The translations under genes and the position numbers were made by a program. The notes below the pieces were generated by a model. That model saw nothing but the letters and a program-made list of their open reading frames with translations. It made no database searches and was not told the DNA's origin. Below, piece by piece: positions 51,200 to 64,000 of a stretch of 64,000 bases of DNA (positions are counted from its first letter, which is position 1; each line of letters opens with the position of its first letter). Source of the DNA: Pristiophorus japonicus (taxonomy: Eukaryota); assembly GCF_044704955.1 (NCBI RefSeq), contig NW_027252668.1:11904001-11968000 (forward strand), written 5' to 3'.

Positions 51200-52245
51200 A
51201 TTTAGAAAGCAGCGAGTGTGAGAAAAAGCTAGTTTTTCATAGCGGCAAAATGTGTGTATTTGTGCTCCACAAAGAATCGAGTCTGCGACTACTGTTGTTC
51301 ACCATTTATATGAACGATTTAGAACTAGGAATCAAAAACAAAATTTCTAAATTTGCGGATGACACCAAATTAGGGAGTGGGATAGTTAATACTGAGGACG
51401 ACTGCAACAAATTTAAGAAGGACGTTAATATTTTGCAGAATGCGCAGATAATTGGCAAATTAATTGCTAACTCTATAAATGTGCGGTATTACATTTTGGA
51501 AGGGGAATGGGGAGGTCACTTATTATTTGGCGGGGGGGGGGGGCGGGGTGGTGGCACAGTCTAGTTGCCGCAGAGGAACAAGGGGAACGTAAAGTACAAT
51601 TACACAAAACTGTAAAGTTACGACACAGGTTAGCAAGGCCATACAAAAGCAAAGCAACCTATAGGATTTATTTCTTGACGTACAAAATTGTAAAGTGACG
51701 AGGTTATTCTAAAACTGTGTCGAACGTCAGTTTGGCCACACGTAGAGGACTGTGTACTGTTCTGGTCGCCATATTATCAACACGGAATAGAGGCATTGCA
51801 GAGGATGCACAGAAGATTTACAAGGATAATACCAGAAGAGCCAGCGGATCAATATCAGAGTAAGATCAACAGGCTGGCTCATTTTCCCTTGAACGGTGGT
51901 GACCTAATCGAGAGATTTAACGTTATGAAAGGTGTTGATGATGCATACAATAGGAATGATCCACTTGTCTCTAAGAATATAGCCAGAGGCCATCATTATA
52001 AGATTGTCACCATTAAATCAGATGGGGAATTGAGAAGAAACTCATAATCCCAAAGCAGGGTGACATTGTGGAACTCGCTACTACAGGGAGTGGTTTAAAG
52101 GAATAGCATCATTGCATTTAAGGAGATGCAAGACAAGTATTTTCAGTAGAAGGGAAAAGTGGGTTCAGCTGACAGATTTAGATGAGGAAAGACGAGATGA
52201 GGCTCCTGTGCAGCATACCGACTGGCTGAGTCGAATGGCCTCTGC
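51200..52245 (+). mobile_element. Old CR1 RT and 3' region (related to 46330-47070 and 38280-38540)
   Basis: LLFTIYMNDLELGIKNKISKFADDTKLG. Confidence 0.8.
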
Positions 52246-53907
52246 ATGTGCCTTTTCTGCGAAATAATCCAATGTAATCCTAAGTGAGTTTATCGCGCAT
52301 GAACTGGAACAAGCCATACAGAACCTTAAATCTTTGACACAGGAGCAGGCTCTCATCCCCTCAAACATGTCCAATAGGAACAGGAGGCAGCCATTCAGCT
52401 TTTTAGGCATCTTACATAAGAAAATAAGGCGGGTGTTTCAGCATCTTCCAGACAGGTTTTGGAATAGGGAAACGTTATTCAGCCCCTCGATACTGTTGTA
52501 TAGGAACAGGAGGAGGCCATTGATACCATATAGTTTGTTTCACTGGAAAAGCAGTCGGACATTCAAAATCTCGAGCCTGTTATATAGGAAAAGGAGAAGG
52601 ATATACAGCACATAGAGGCAGGTTACACAAGAACAGGAGAAGTTCATTCAGCCACTCAAGCCTGTTGCATAGGCGCTGAAGGAGGCCATTCATCCCGTTG
52701 GCCACGTTACACAGTTGCGGGATGAAACTTAGTGCACGGCAGCACAGTGGTAATGTTACTGTATTTGTATTTCAGAGATATAAGTACAAATCCAACCATG
52801 GCGGCTGGGGTATTTAATTCAGTTCATTAAACAATTCTGGAATTAAAAAGTCGTTATCCTGCCTTTACTCATGCAACTTGATCAGCATAATGCTCTATTC
52901 CCTTCTCCCTCAAATGCTTAACTAACCCACCCGTTAAATGTATCTACACTATTTGCTTCAAGCACTCCCTGTGGTAACGAGTTCCACATTTTTACCACTA
53001 TCTGCGTAAATAATTTGTATTTGACTTTGCGGTGACTATCTTATATTGATGCCCTCTGGTTTTGTTCCAAACCACAACTGGAAATACGCTCACTGTAATT
53101 GCTCAGTCCAAGTATTTGATAATTTTAAGAGCTTTAGTCGGTCAACCTCAGCCTTCTCTTTTCAAGGTAAAATAAACCATGCATGTTCATCATTCCCTGT
53201 TCTGTATACCCTTGCCTTTATGGTATCTTCATTGTTAATCTTTTTTTCTGCCCTCTCCTGTGTCTCTTGTTGTGGATTCAAAATACCAGCGCGACCCAAG
53301 TCTATTAAAGTATAAAAATATGTTTCATTTCGAATACCTATACCTTGGCCCAGGGAGAACAGCAGTTTGAATTGAGTTCACACAAACCATTAATGCCTCC
53401 TTGGCTTGTGGCGATCAGCTTGCAGTACTTAATGCAAAAAATGCAATTCACTAAGTCACCTGCTCCACTACACTGAGGAATTTTACACTTTGCAGCTATG
53501 AAACAGCAAGCCATGTTTTCTGTTATTCAACAACTAGCCTAACCGCAAGTCTGCATTTTATATATATCTTTGTTAAGCTTGCCACCACATCCTCTTGCAG
53601 ATAATCTGCTTTCTGATTGCCCTTGCGAGTTGTTGCCAGACAAAAACGACTTGACATGCTTTTTTCTCTGATGCTGATCCTGAAACTCAATTTTACTACT
53701 TGTCCATTTCAGAAAACATTTCCCAGACTGCAACATTATTCCAATCTGGTGATTTCTAAAAATCCAACATCAATTCCCCATCTGGTCCTTGGCTCCCCCG
53801 AGCCCATGAGACCAGTAGAGCGAAGCTATCTAATGCTTCAGACTTCCCGCCACATTTTGCAGTGGTTTGCCACCAAGTTTGTGATGTATATTTCTTAATC
53901 CGGGGTA

Positions 53908-55500
53908 TTAATGTCCCCCGTGCAACAACAGTCTATCTTTCTCTTGCATACGTGTCATTGCTTTAGTTTGCTGCCGGTGTCTACACTTTCTACAAGCTGC
54001 ACATGCCATTATCAACCAGCATAGTGCCAAAATCAGTTGAAATGCCACCAATAAGTGAGAAATGATACGTATCCATGGCTGGATATTAACTTTCAGTCTC
54101 CAGTTCCATGCCTTCTCGTACCAGGTTGTAATTTGAAGGGCTTTTCCAATGTCCTAAACCAGTTCGCGCCGTTACTGTTTGAGCACTTGATATCATTTTA
54201 TACTTGTAGGCAGAAGATCCTTTATGTCTCTCACGTCCTCGGGCAGGTGGGGTATTGGTGCAGTCAGTTCACTTTCATATGGGTGCTAATCTTGTTTAAT
54301 GTCGTCATTCAGTCTCAGGCTCATGGTTTCTCCAGCATGGATATACTTCATTCGTGCTCCTCCGATTTTACCGGTAGCATCGGGGTGAAGCAGAAGTTGG
54401 GGTTAGTGATATTACAGAGATAATTTCCATTGACATAAGTTGGCTGGTTGGTTACCACACAGTATTCCCCCTTTCTGCGTTATGCTGAGTGGGTGTATTC
54501 GGTTCTGATGAGTTTATTTCTAAGACACACCCAATGATTTATTTAAATCCGCACCTATCGTCGCTTACCCAGCCTACTGAATGTGGACATATAATTAGAC
54601 ATCATACACTGCGGCACCCTGATAATGTGACCCCTCTCAGGATCCATTCGGTTTGATGGCATACTGATCCATTGGATAATAGCGCATGCAGTTCTCACCC
54701 AGGATTAAGCCCAGTTTTCTACCTCTAACTGGGGGTGTGATCCAAACTCCCGTTCGTCATTACCAGATTCATTCGGACTATCCCCACAAGGGCAGAAAGT
54801 GAATCTTTGCATCAGCCGGTTAATGGAAAAACTCTTGTCATTCCTTTCGGTGCACACGTACAGTGACCCTGGGTGCTGTGCTCGGTGAAAAGGCTTGGTT
54901 GCTGTTCATCCATTCATGGAGTTCACCCTTTTGCATTTTGTACAGGTTCTCCCTGACCTGCCCAATCATCCATCCCCCACAAGCGTGCAGAGGTCTCCCT
55001 GAACCTCTGCCTTTTCTGCAGTGAATTATCAGTCAATCCAGCGATTATGGTGGCAGCATGGCCCTACAGGACTGTAATCCCTTTGACTAACCTCCCTGCT
55101 GTCCCATCGCCTTCACGCCCAGCCTCTTTGACGGCATCTGTCTGCCCCTGCAGCAACTTCCTGACTGTGTCTTTAAGACTTTCCAATTGTCACTGTATAC
55201 CAAGGGCATTTATAAATCAGGTTCCCGTATTTACACTTGTTAAGACGTCATTGATCAGACCACGTTTCTGTCTGTAGGTCTGAACCACTTTTAGAGGGCT
55301 CCGGTATCTGGATGTTCCTGGGGCGCCCCGGGATTCTTTCAACACTATGCTTAGCATTCGAGAGTGAAATGCCCATACCTTAAGGTCACATTTTTCTCTT
55401 AGCCGTATATCCGTCAGGTTTACTATTACAGCTAATATCTCATGGTATATATTTTCTTACAATTGGATTCCCTCCGTTTTCAGGACTACCCTGCATGGTG
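53908..55500 (-). pseudogene. env: Degraded class I viral fusion glycoprotein (env), paramyxovirus-F-like / lokiretrovirus-type
   Basis: Manual translation gives ILAVIVNLTDIRLREKC, RQKR/GLINDVLTSVNTG (furin site at 55262-55273), a Cys-rich block (GVTLSGC, IICPH, RCGF, GCVLE, GEYCVVT, LCNITNPNFCFTP), WYEKAWNW, TM segment IISHLLVAFQLILALCWLIMAC and a short basic tail. Several stops and frameshifts. Confidence 0.75.
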
Positions 55501-56126
55501 GTCCCGCATTATGTGTGGAACATTCTAACGGTTTCGTTGGCGAGGCGGGCGGTGCCGTCGTTAATGGCCACTCGTCTGCCCATCTCACACGTAATATTGG
55601 CGAGGGATCTGACATGTCTTTTTAAATGCAATATAATATCCGTGTCGAAGTGTTCGTTCTGCCATGACGCATACCGTAATTACATTAGACTTATGAATTA
55701 TAACTTGTGAATCTGCATCATAGTATTGTTCCATTTTTTATTGCATGATTCCTTAAAGTCTTTATGGTCATAATAATGTTTGCGATAATAGTTGCGATCG
55801 ATAAGGTGTGTCCATATAAAGACACTAACAAGTTTATAGGATATACATGCCGTTCTGCGTGAAACCACAGAGATTCCTAAGATTTTAGGTTGCACCCAAG
55901 AGTATCTTCGGATGGTGCCAGTCGGTGTCAGACTAATGTCCACCAGACCTCATTCTAAACGAAATATCCCCGCTAAATATCCCACAATTATTCGCTTGAA
56001 TTCGGGATCCATGGGTCTTCCTCGTGCTGTTGATCCATTGTCTGGATCATCCATAACATTATCATCATCTGCCAGGCCGTCCTGTAAAAGGGAGCGACGC
56101 CCTTGTGCTATTCGCTATATATCACT

Positions 56127-56221
56127 GTATCTTTTCAACTGGGACCAAAGTTTCGACTGTCCGACTCCATTCTATGTACACATGCACAAGTATCACCACT
56201 GATCAATATCTCGTGTGGTCC
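56127..56221 (-). pseudogene. Retroviral-type integrase C-terminus remnant, cut off upstream by a CR1
   Basis: GPHEILISGDTCACV followed, after a frameshift, by WSQLKRY. This fits the GPY/F...SQLK pattern, and it lies upstream of env on the same strand. Confidence 0.6.
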
Positions 56222-56229
56222 TGAGCACG

Positions 56230-57650
56230 TCACCCAGCTAAGTGCCATCTGCAAATTTGGAGATGTTACACTCAATTCCTTCATTTAAATCAGTAATGTA
56301 TATCGTAAAGAGTTGGGGTCCCAGCACTGAGCCCTTTGGCACTCCACTAGTCACTGCCTGCCATTTTGAAAAGGACCCGTTTATCCCAACTCTCTGCTTT
56401 CTATCTGCCAACTACATCTCTTTCCACGTCAGTATATTCCCTGCAATATCACGTGCTTTGATTTTGCTCTACAATCTCTTGTGTTAGACATTATCAAAAA
56501 CCATTTGAAAGTCAAAATACACCACATCCACTGGTTCTCCCTTGGCCACTCTCCTCGTTACATCTTCAAAGAATTCCAGAAGATTTGTCAAGGAAGATTT
56601 CCCTTCCATAAATCGATACTGACTTGCACCAATCTGTCACTGCTTTCCAAATGTGCTGCTATTTCAGCCTTAATAATTGATTCCAAAATTTTCCCCACTA
56701 CTGATGGCTGGATAACCTGTCTATATTTATCAGATTTCCCTCGCCCTCGCGTTTTAAAAAGTGGCGTTACATGAGCTGCGCTCTAGTCCATAGGAGCTGA
56801 AACAGATTCTATAGACTGTTGAAAAATGATCAGCAATGCATCCACTATTTCTAGGGCCACTTAATTATATACTCTGGGAGGCAGACTATCAGGCCCCGGT
56901 AATTTATCGGCCTTCAATCCCATCAATTTCCCGAACACAATTTTCCGCCTCATCAGGATAGCCTTTATTTCGTCCTTCTCTCTAGACCCTCGGTCCCCTC
57001 TTACTTCCGGAAGTCTATCTGTTTCTTCCTTCATGAAGACTGACGAAAGTATTTGTTCAATTTGTCAGCCATTTCCTTGTTCCTCATTATAAATTCACCT
57101 GAATCCGATGGCAAGGGACCTACGTCAGTCTTCACTAATCTTTATCTCTTCAGATATCAATAGAAGCTTTTGCTGTACCATTATTTCACGCATCACTTAT
57201 TACTTATTTGATGCTTTCCCCAAACTCACTGCAACTGGTTGGTGGTCTGCACACAACTCCACGATCGTATTCTGCCTTTTTTACTATCACCTGGAAACCT
57301 CTTAATCATGACCCCTGTATTCAAGTTTAAATCATTGATAAATACCTTGGAAACTTCCTTCCAATCACAAAAACACCCATCAAACATTGCCCTTTGCTTC
57401 CTGCTTCTGAGCCAAATTTGGAAACAATTTGACGCCACGCCCTGGATCGCATGGGCATTTATTTTCATGATCAGACTGCCATAAGGGACCTTAGCGAAAG
57501 CATTAATAAAATCAATATTCAGTATATCTTACGCACTACTTCATCGACACAGCTGGTGAACTCCTCCAAAAATGTAATCAAGTTATTCAAACGCGATACT
57601 TCCTTATCATATCGTGCTGACTGTCCTGATTATCCAGTGTCTTTCTAAAT
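56230..57650 (-). mobile_element. CR1 RT fragments (two pieces, 56230-57180 and ~57290-57650)
   Basis: Colinear with the RT region at ~590-1530. Confidence 0.85.
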
Positions 57651-58369
57651 GTAGAAAATGTGCAAACTTTCAACGCTATCCTGCTTTCATGGGAGAACAT
57701 CATTAATTAACTGATGATCTTCATTTGCAAAACTAAAGCAATTTTAACCGAAGGAATGTCCTTAATTTAATAATTTGCTTGTGCTCTGCAATTTACCTCT
57801 TAAACAATAAACCATTTTAGACATTGTCCTTTAATGGTCTGCTTCATCATGTACATTGCTGCTAACATTTACGTGGGACTGGGGAAACTTTGAGAGAGAC
57901 TTTCGAGCAAGGGAATGGTACACCAAAGAAAATATACATTCTGGAAGAAGAACATCGACAACAAATGTGACCTCAACAGCCAGAAATAAGATTAAATGCT
58001 GAGGTCCTTTCAGCAAAAAATTACTTTCCCAAACGTTTAGCCGACCGAAATTCACAAAACAAAAATGATGCATTTAAAGTCATTAATCCCGACTTTGCGC
58101 GAACCCGAATCTTGTGAATCAGATGCCTAAAGTTTTGCCGAAACAATCCACATCCGTTTACAATATTCTGTTTTCATCCACACTATTAAATATATCACGA
58201 ACTGATATAATCACAGTCTAATGAAAATATTACAGCACGGATGAAGACCATTCGGCCGGTCGAGTCCATTACAGCTATCAATTAGTCCCACTCCCCTATC
58301 ATTTGCCTGCAGACGTGGATTTTCTTTTCCTTTAGATACATATCCAACTGCCTTTTGAATGATATCATT

Positions 58370-59810
58370 GACCACTTATAAGAAAGGAGGGGGAGAGAAA
58401 ACGGGTAATTATAGACGGTTTAGTCTGACATCAGTAATGGGGAAAATGTTGGAATCAATTATTAAAAATGAAACAGCAGCACATTTGGAAAGCAATGATG
58501 GGATCGATCCAAGTCAGCATGGATTTATGAAAGGGAATTCCTTATGGACAAATCTTATAGAATTTTCTGAGGATGTAACTGGCAGAGTGGACATGGGAGA
58601 ACCAGTGGATGTGGTGTAGTTGGACTTTCAAAATGCTTTTGACAGGGTCCCACACAAGAGATTGATGTGCAAAATTAAAACACATTTTATTGGGTGTAAT
58701 GTACTGACGTGGATAGAGAACTGGTTTGAAGGCAGGGAGCAGAGAGTCGGGATAAACGGGTCCTTTCAGAATGGCAGGCAATGACCAGTGCAGTACCGAA
58801 GGGCTCAGTGTTGGTACCCCAACGATTTACAATATACATTAATGATTTAGATGATGGAATTTAGTGTAATATCTCCAAGTTTGAAAACAAATGGAACATA
58901 GCTGTATGGTAGTGTGAGCTGTGAGTAGGACGCTCAAAGGCTGCAGGATGAAGTGGACCGATTCGGTGAATGGGCAAACGCGTGGCAGGTGCAATATAAT
59001 GTGGATAAATGTGAGATTATCCACTTTGATGGGAAAAACCCGAATGCAGAATGTTATCTGAATGGCGGCAGATTAGGAAACGGGTAGTTGCAGCGATACC
59101 TGGGTGCCATAGTACATCAGCCATTGCATGCAGTTTCAGCAGGTGAGGAACAATGCAAGTGGTATGTTGGCCTGAATAGCTGGGGGAATTGAGTATAGGA
59201 GCAGAGATGACTTAATTCAGTTGTACAGGGCCTTAGTGAGGCTTCACCAGGAATATTGCGTTCAGCTTAGTCTACTAATCTGAGAAAGGACGTTCTTGCT
59301 ATTGAGGGAGTGCAGCGAAGGTTCACCAGACTGATTCCCGGGATGGCAGGACTGACATACGAGGAGAGACTGGATGGACTGCGCCTTTATTCACTGGAGT
59401 TTAGAAGGATGACAAGGCATCGCATAGAAGGATATAAAATTATGATGGTACTGGAAAGGAAGATACAGGAAAAATCTTCTCGATGTTGGTGAAGTCCAGA
59501 ATCAGGGTATATCAAGTAAGGATAAGGATTAGGACTGAGATTATGGAGAAACGTCTTCACTAAGAGAATGTTAACCTGTGAATTTCCTTGCCGCAGAGAG
59601 TTGTTGCACCCAGTTCATTGGTTTTATTGAAGAGGGACTCAGATATGGCACTTACGGCTAAAGGGAGCAAGGGGTATGGAGAGAAAGCTGGAAAGGGGTA
59701 CTGACGTGAATGATCAGCCATGCTCTTATTGAATGGTTCTGCAGGCTCGAAGGGCCGAATGGCCTCCTACTGCACCTATTTCCTGTGTTTCTATGTTTCC
59801 TTGTTTCTAT
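58370..59810 (+). mobile_element. 5'-truncated CR1 with tail
   Basis: GNYRRFSLTSV, QHGFMKG and QRRFTRLIPGM; tail TTTCTATGTTTCC at ~59790. Confidence 0.9.
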
Positions 59811-59824
59811 TCAGATGGTTGATA

Positions 59825-60497
59825 GCATGCATGTATGAGCTGACAGAAATTAATAAGTTGCTGTCTGCCGCTCTTTGAGTAAAGAGTGAACCAGCTGCTA
59901 AATCACTACAGCCATGCCAGTCTGAAAAAGTCTACTCTCGGAGGCGAGGCAGACTACAGACCGGTAACTATTTGCAATGAGACCGACTGTGTATACCAGG
60001 TACTATAGTCTTTTGCTGCCACCACAGTCTGATCATAATATTCACACTGGCTTCAACCAATAAACGAATAGTTTGCTTCTCACCCTCGCCTTATTTTTCC
60101 AAATATTTGCTGCCCATTCTCCTGCTGCCATACAAAGTAAAGGACGTCCACACAAAACCAAACAAAATACACAGCATAAAAGTAACCGAGCAAAACAACT
60201 TATGCAAACCAATAAGTCCTTGACAACGTAAGCTTCCTCGACCAAACTGAGACATTGTGCTATAATTATCACATGTTGCTTATTTCTGCAACAAAGTAGA
60301 GACACGTCTCATTAGTACTTGCATAGGAGTTTCAATACCAGGTGCACTTTGCGTTTCCAATTAATATATGTTGTCGGTGCCTTCATTCAGCACTCCAGTT
60401 GAATTTCAATCCTGCGCTTTCAACAACTCTCTCTGTCGCTCTCGCTCTCCCTCTCACTCTCACTCTCCCTTTCGCTCTCTCTCTTTCTCTCTCCCTT

Positions 60498-60532
<35 letters not shown>

Positions 60533-61990
60533 GATCTCTCTCTCGATCTCTCTATCTCTCTCTACCTCTATCTCTCTCGCTCTCTCCAATAGCCTCAGAC
60601 CTGATTTGTAATTGCAATGGAGGCTCTGGCTTATTGTTTTTAAATGTTAGCGAAATAGGACGCGAAGTTAGACAGAAAACAAGGAGGAAAGGCAGGTAAA
60701 ATGAAATGTAAGATGGGCAAATGCTTCCGAGCTGTTCAATAGCATTCAAGTATGAGCTGACAGAGAACAAGAAGCTGTTGTCTGTCGCTCTATGTGTCAA
60801 GGGAGAGCCAGCTGTTAGATACCTACGGGCATACCAGTCTGAAATATCTGCTTTCTGATGCGAAATAGAGTAAGGCCTGGTTAATACTTGGAAGGGAGAC
60901 AGACTCGGAAAGTCAGGTGCTGTCGACACTTGCTGCCACCATAGGATGTTCGCAACATTCACACTGCCGTCAAACAATCAACAAGCTGTTTACTTCTCCC
61001 TCCTGCAATAAATTTCTCTCTCACCCTCTCCCCTTATTATTCCAAGTCATTGCTGCTCATTCTTCTGCTGCCATAGAAAGTCACGGGGGTCCAAACACAA
61101 CTAACGAAATATACAGCAACAAAATAACCGAGCAAAACACACAGAAACCATTAAAACCTTCTCATCCAAACCATCCAAGATCAAACTCAGACATTGCGCT
61201 ATAACTACCATATCGTAGCTTATTTCTCTAGCAAAATAGGGACAGGTCTGATTTGTGCTTGGATAGGATTCTTAATACCAGGTGCTCGGCTTGTACTTTT
61301 AGTCGAGCTTATTGCTGCCTTCATTCAGCACTCCATTTGTTGTTATTTACTCCGCTTTTTCAAGAACTCTCGCTCTCGCTCTTGCACTCGTTCTCTCTCT
61401 CTCTCTCTAATAGCCACAGATTTGATTTGTACTTAGCAATGGAGGCTTGGGCTTGAACATTGTGTGTGGGTTCGCGAGAGATGGCGCGAAGAGAGATTAA
61501 AAACAAGGTGAGGAGGCATGTAAAAGGAAATGTAAGAAGTACAAATTCTTCCGAGCTGTTAAATAGCATTCATGTAGGAGCTGACAGGAAGCTATTAGAG
61601 CTTCTGTCGCTATTTGTATAAAGAGAGAGCTATATGTTATGTCGCTACGGCCATGCCAGTCTGAAAATATCTGATCTCGGATGCGAAGCAGCGTAATGCC
61701 TGATTTTTACTTGGAATGGAGACCGACTGCAAATACCAGATGCTGTAGACTTTTGCTGTATCCACAGGCTGCTCGCAACTTTCATACTGCCGTCAAACAA
61801 TCAACAAGCTGTTCGCTGCTCCCTGCTGCGTTATATTTCTCTCCCACACTCTCCATTTATTTTTCTAAATCTTTGTTGCTCATTATCCCGCTGCCATCGA
61901 ACCTCAAGAGGATCCATACACAAATAAAGACAAAACAGTGCCACAAATTAACGGAGCAAAACAGCACACATAAAGCATCCGAGATCAAAC
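59825..61990. repeat. Diverged tandem triplication of a ~0.83-0.92-kb unit (third copy partial)
   Basis: GAGCTGACAG at ~59837, 60754 and 61578; CCAGTCTGAAA at ~59917, 60833 and 61656. Confidence 0.85.
60427..60587. repeat. Imperfect (CT)n microsatellite
   Basis: Directly visible; a shorter homologous tract lies at 61367-61408. Confidence 0.95.
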
Positions 61991-62029
61991 CCGCCGCTGC
62001 TGTCCCTGCCCGAAGGCCCACCGCCTAAT

Positions 62030-64000
62030 CAGAAACATCATCAACATTAACATTGCTCCAAAGCAGTGAGGACAGCAGATGCAGTTCCACAAAAATTTAA
62101 TGAAGTGACACTTCGCGACCATGCAAATAGATCCATATACAGCCAGCGCCTCACAGCCAATCTGTGGACCCTGAGATGCTGAATCCCCATAGCGTTTGGT
62201 CTGCCCATCCAGGCTTCTATATAAAGTGTCTGTGAAGATACACTTCGTCACTCAACCGGAAAACACTTGGACTGGTTTGAAGAAAATGATCGAAGAACTA
62301 ATAAATCAAAGCACAAAACATTTCTGAGCATCAAGCAACAGCCCAACTCGGGAGCGGCAAAAAATGTTATATACGGCTGAAGGCTCAGGTCCAACAAGAA
62401 ACCGTGACCTAAAGAACAGGTGGTGGATGGAGAAAGCACACGAGATACAACAACTGGTCGATAGCCATGATATGCGAGGATTATTCGCTGCAGTCAAGGC
62501 TACCTATGGTCCAAACTCCCAAGGCCCCAACCCACTCCTGGCGAAGAACGAAGATACACTCATCAATGACACCGATGCTCTCAGGGCCAGATGGAACGAA
62601 CACTTTGAAGATCTCCTCAATCGGGATCCGCCTTTGCCTCGAGTGTTCTCGATTCCATCCCGCAGAATGCGACCCACCATCAACTCAGTGAAACTCCAAC
62701 CTTGCACGAGGTAGGTTAACCATAAAACTGCCTAAGAATAACAAGGCTACGGGTGCGGATGGATTCCGTGCTGAGGAGTTAATATATGGCGGAGAGTCGC
62801 TGTTGGCGCAGACACATGAACTTATCTCTCTCATCTGGAGGGAGGAGAGCATGCCGGGAGATCTGAGAGATAGAGTGACTGTGACCAATATTTAAAAACA
62901 GAGACAAGTCCGACTGTGGCAACTACAGGGTAATCTCCCAGCTTTCATCCACAGGGAAAGATGTCGCCCGTGTTCCCCTCAATCGTCTTCTCCCAGTGGC
63001 TAAGGAGCACCTCCCGTAATCACAATTCGGATTTCTCCCCTACGGGGCACAACAGACATGATCTTTGCAGCACGTCAGCTGCAGGAAAAATGCAGAGAGG
63101 AGCGTCAATCCTTATAGATTGCCTTTTTCGATCTTATAAATGCCTTTGACACTGTCAATCATGAAGGTCCATGGAACGTCCTCCTCCGTTTCGGATGCCC
63201 CCAAAAGTTTATGAAAATAATTATCTTGCTTCACGATGGCATGCAGGTCATGATTCTTAACAATGGATCCATTACAGGACCAAATTACCTACGCACCGGG
63301 GTTAAACAGGGCTGCGTAATCGATCCAACCCTCTTTTCAACTTCCTCGATGCCACGCTCCACCTCACAACCAACTCGCTCCCCGCTGGATTGGCATTAAA
63401 TTACAGAACCAGTGGGAAACTGGTTAACCTACGCTGCCTCCAACCCAGGTTCAAGATCACGCCAACATCTGTCATTGAGCTGCAGTATGTGGACGATGCC
63501 AGCGACTGTGTACATTCAGAAGCTAAAGTCCAGGATATAGTAAATGTATTCACTGAGGCATATTGAAGCATGGGCATTTCGCTTAACATCCGTAAGGCAA
63601 AGGTCCTTCTCCAGCCTTTCATCGCCACACAGCACTGCCCTCCGTGATCAAGGTCCACTGCGCAGTACTGGACAACGTGGAACATTTCCGAAATCTCGGG
63701 AGCCTCTTATCACCAAAGTCAGACATTGATGTGGAGATTCAGCATCGCTTTCGGTGCACCAGCGCAGCCTTCGGCTGCCACCGGAAAAAAGTGCTTGAAG
63801 ACCAGGTCCTCTAAGCAATCATCAAACTCATGGTCTACAGGGCTGTAGTAATATCCGCCCGCCTGTATGGGTCAGAAGCATGGAAATGTACAGCAGGCAC
63901 CGCAAGCCGCTGGCAATATTTCAACAACGATGTCTGCGCAAGATCCTGCAAATCTCCTGGGAGGACAGGCGCACCAACGTCAGTGTCCTCGACCAGGCTA
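62030..64000 (+). mobile_element. Degraded RTE-clade LINE (linker and RT), running off the window
   Basis: RWNEHFEDLLNR, KATGADGF, GVKQGCVIDPTLF and LQYVDD. The 3' part matches 18365-18650. Confidence 0.88.

Noticed and set aside
60342-60611. ER/RE-rich and SL-rich ORFs
   Set aside because: Translations of the (CT)n microsatellite.

Overview
Non-genic, repeat-dominated vertebrate DNA, most likely from a cartilaginous fish (inferred from the CR1, RTE and SINE repertoire). No intact host protein gene is visible. 1-5.2 kb is a near full-length CR1 LINE with an antisense CR1 nested in it, and 5.2-10.5 kb is a 30-bp minisatellite. 11.1-14.1 kb is an inverted duplication enclosing C2H2 zinc-finger relics. 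14.2-50.5 kb is a decaying tRNA gene cluster (about 19 loci) built from two amplified modules and heavily invaded by LINEs. The main signal is that tRNA-Pro (2 copies) and tRNA-Arg(TCG) (5 copies) carry about 16-nt inserts at the canonical 37/38 intron site, several with anticodon-intron pairing; these isotypes are not normally intron-containing in vertebrates. At 53.9-56.2 kb, and missed by the ORF track, is a degraded retroviral relic: an integrase C-terminus followed by a paramyxovirus-F-like (lokiretrovirus-type) env. The window ends with a triplicated ~0.9-kb unit and an RTE LINE. All calls were read by eye, and boundaries of old repeats are approximate.
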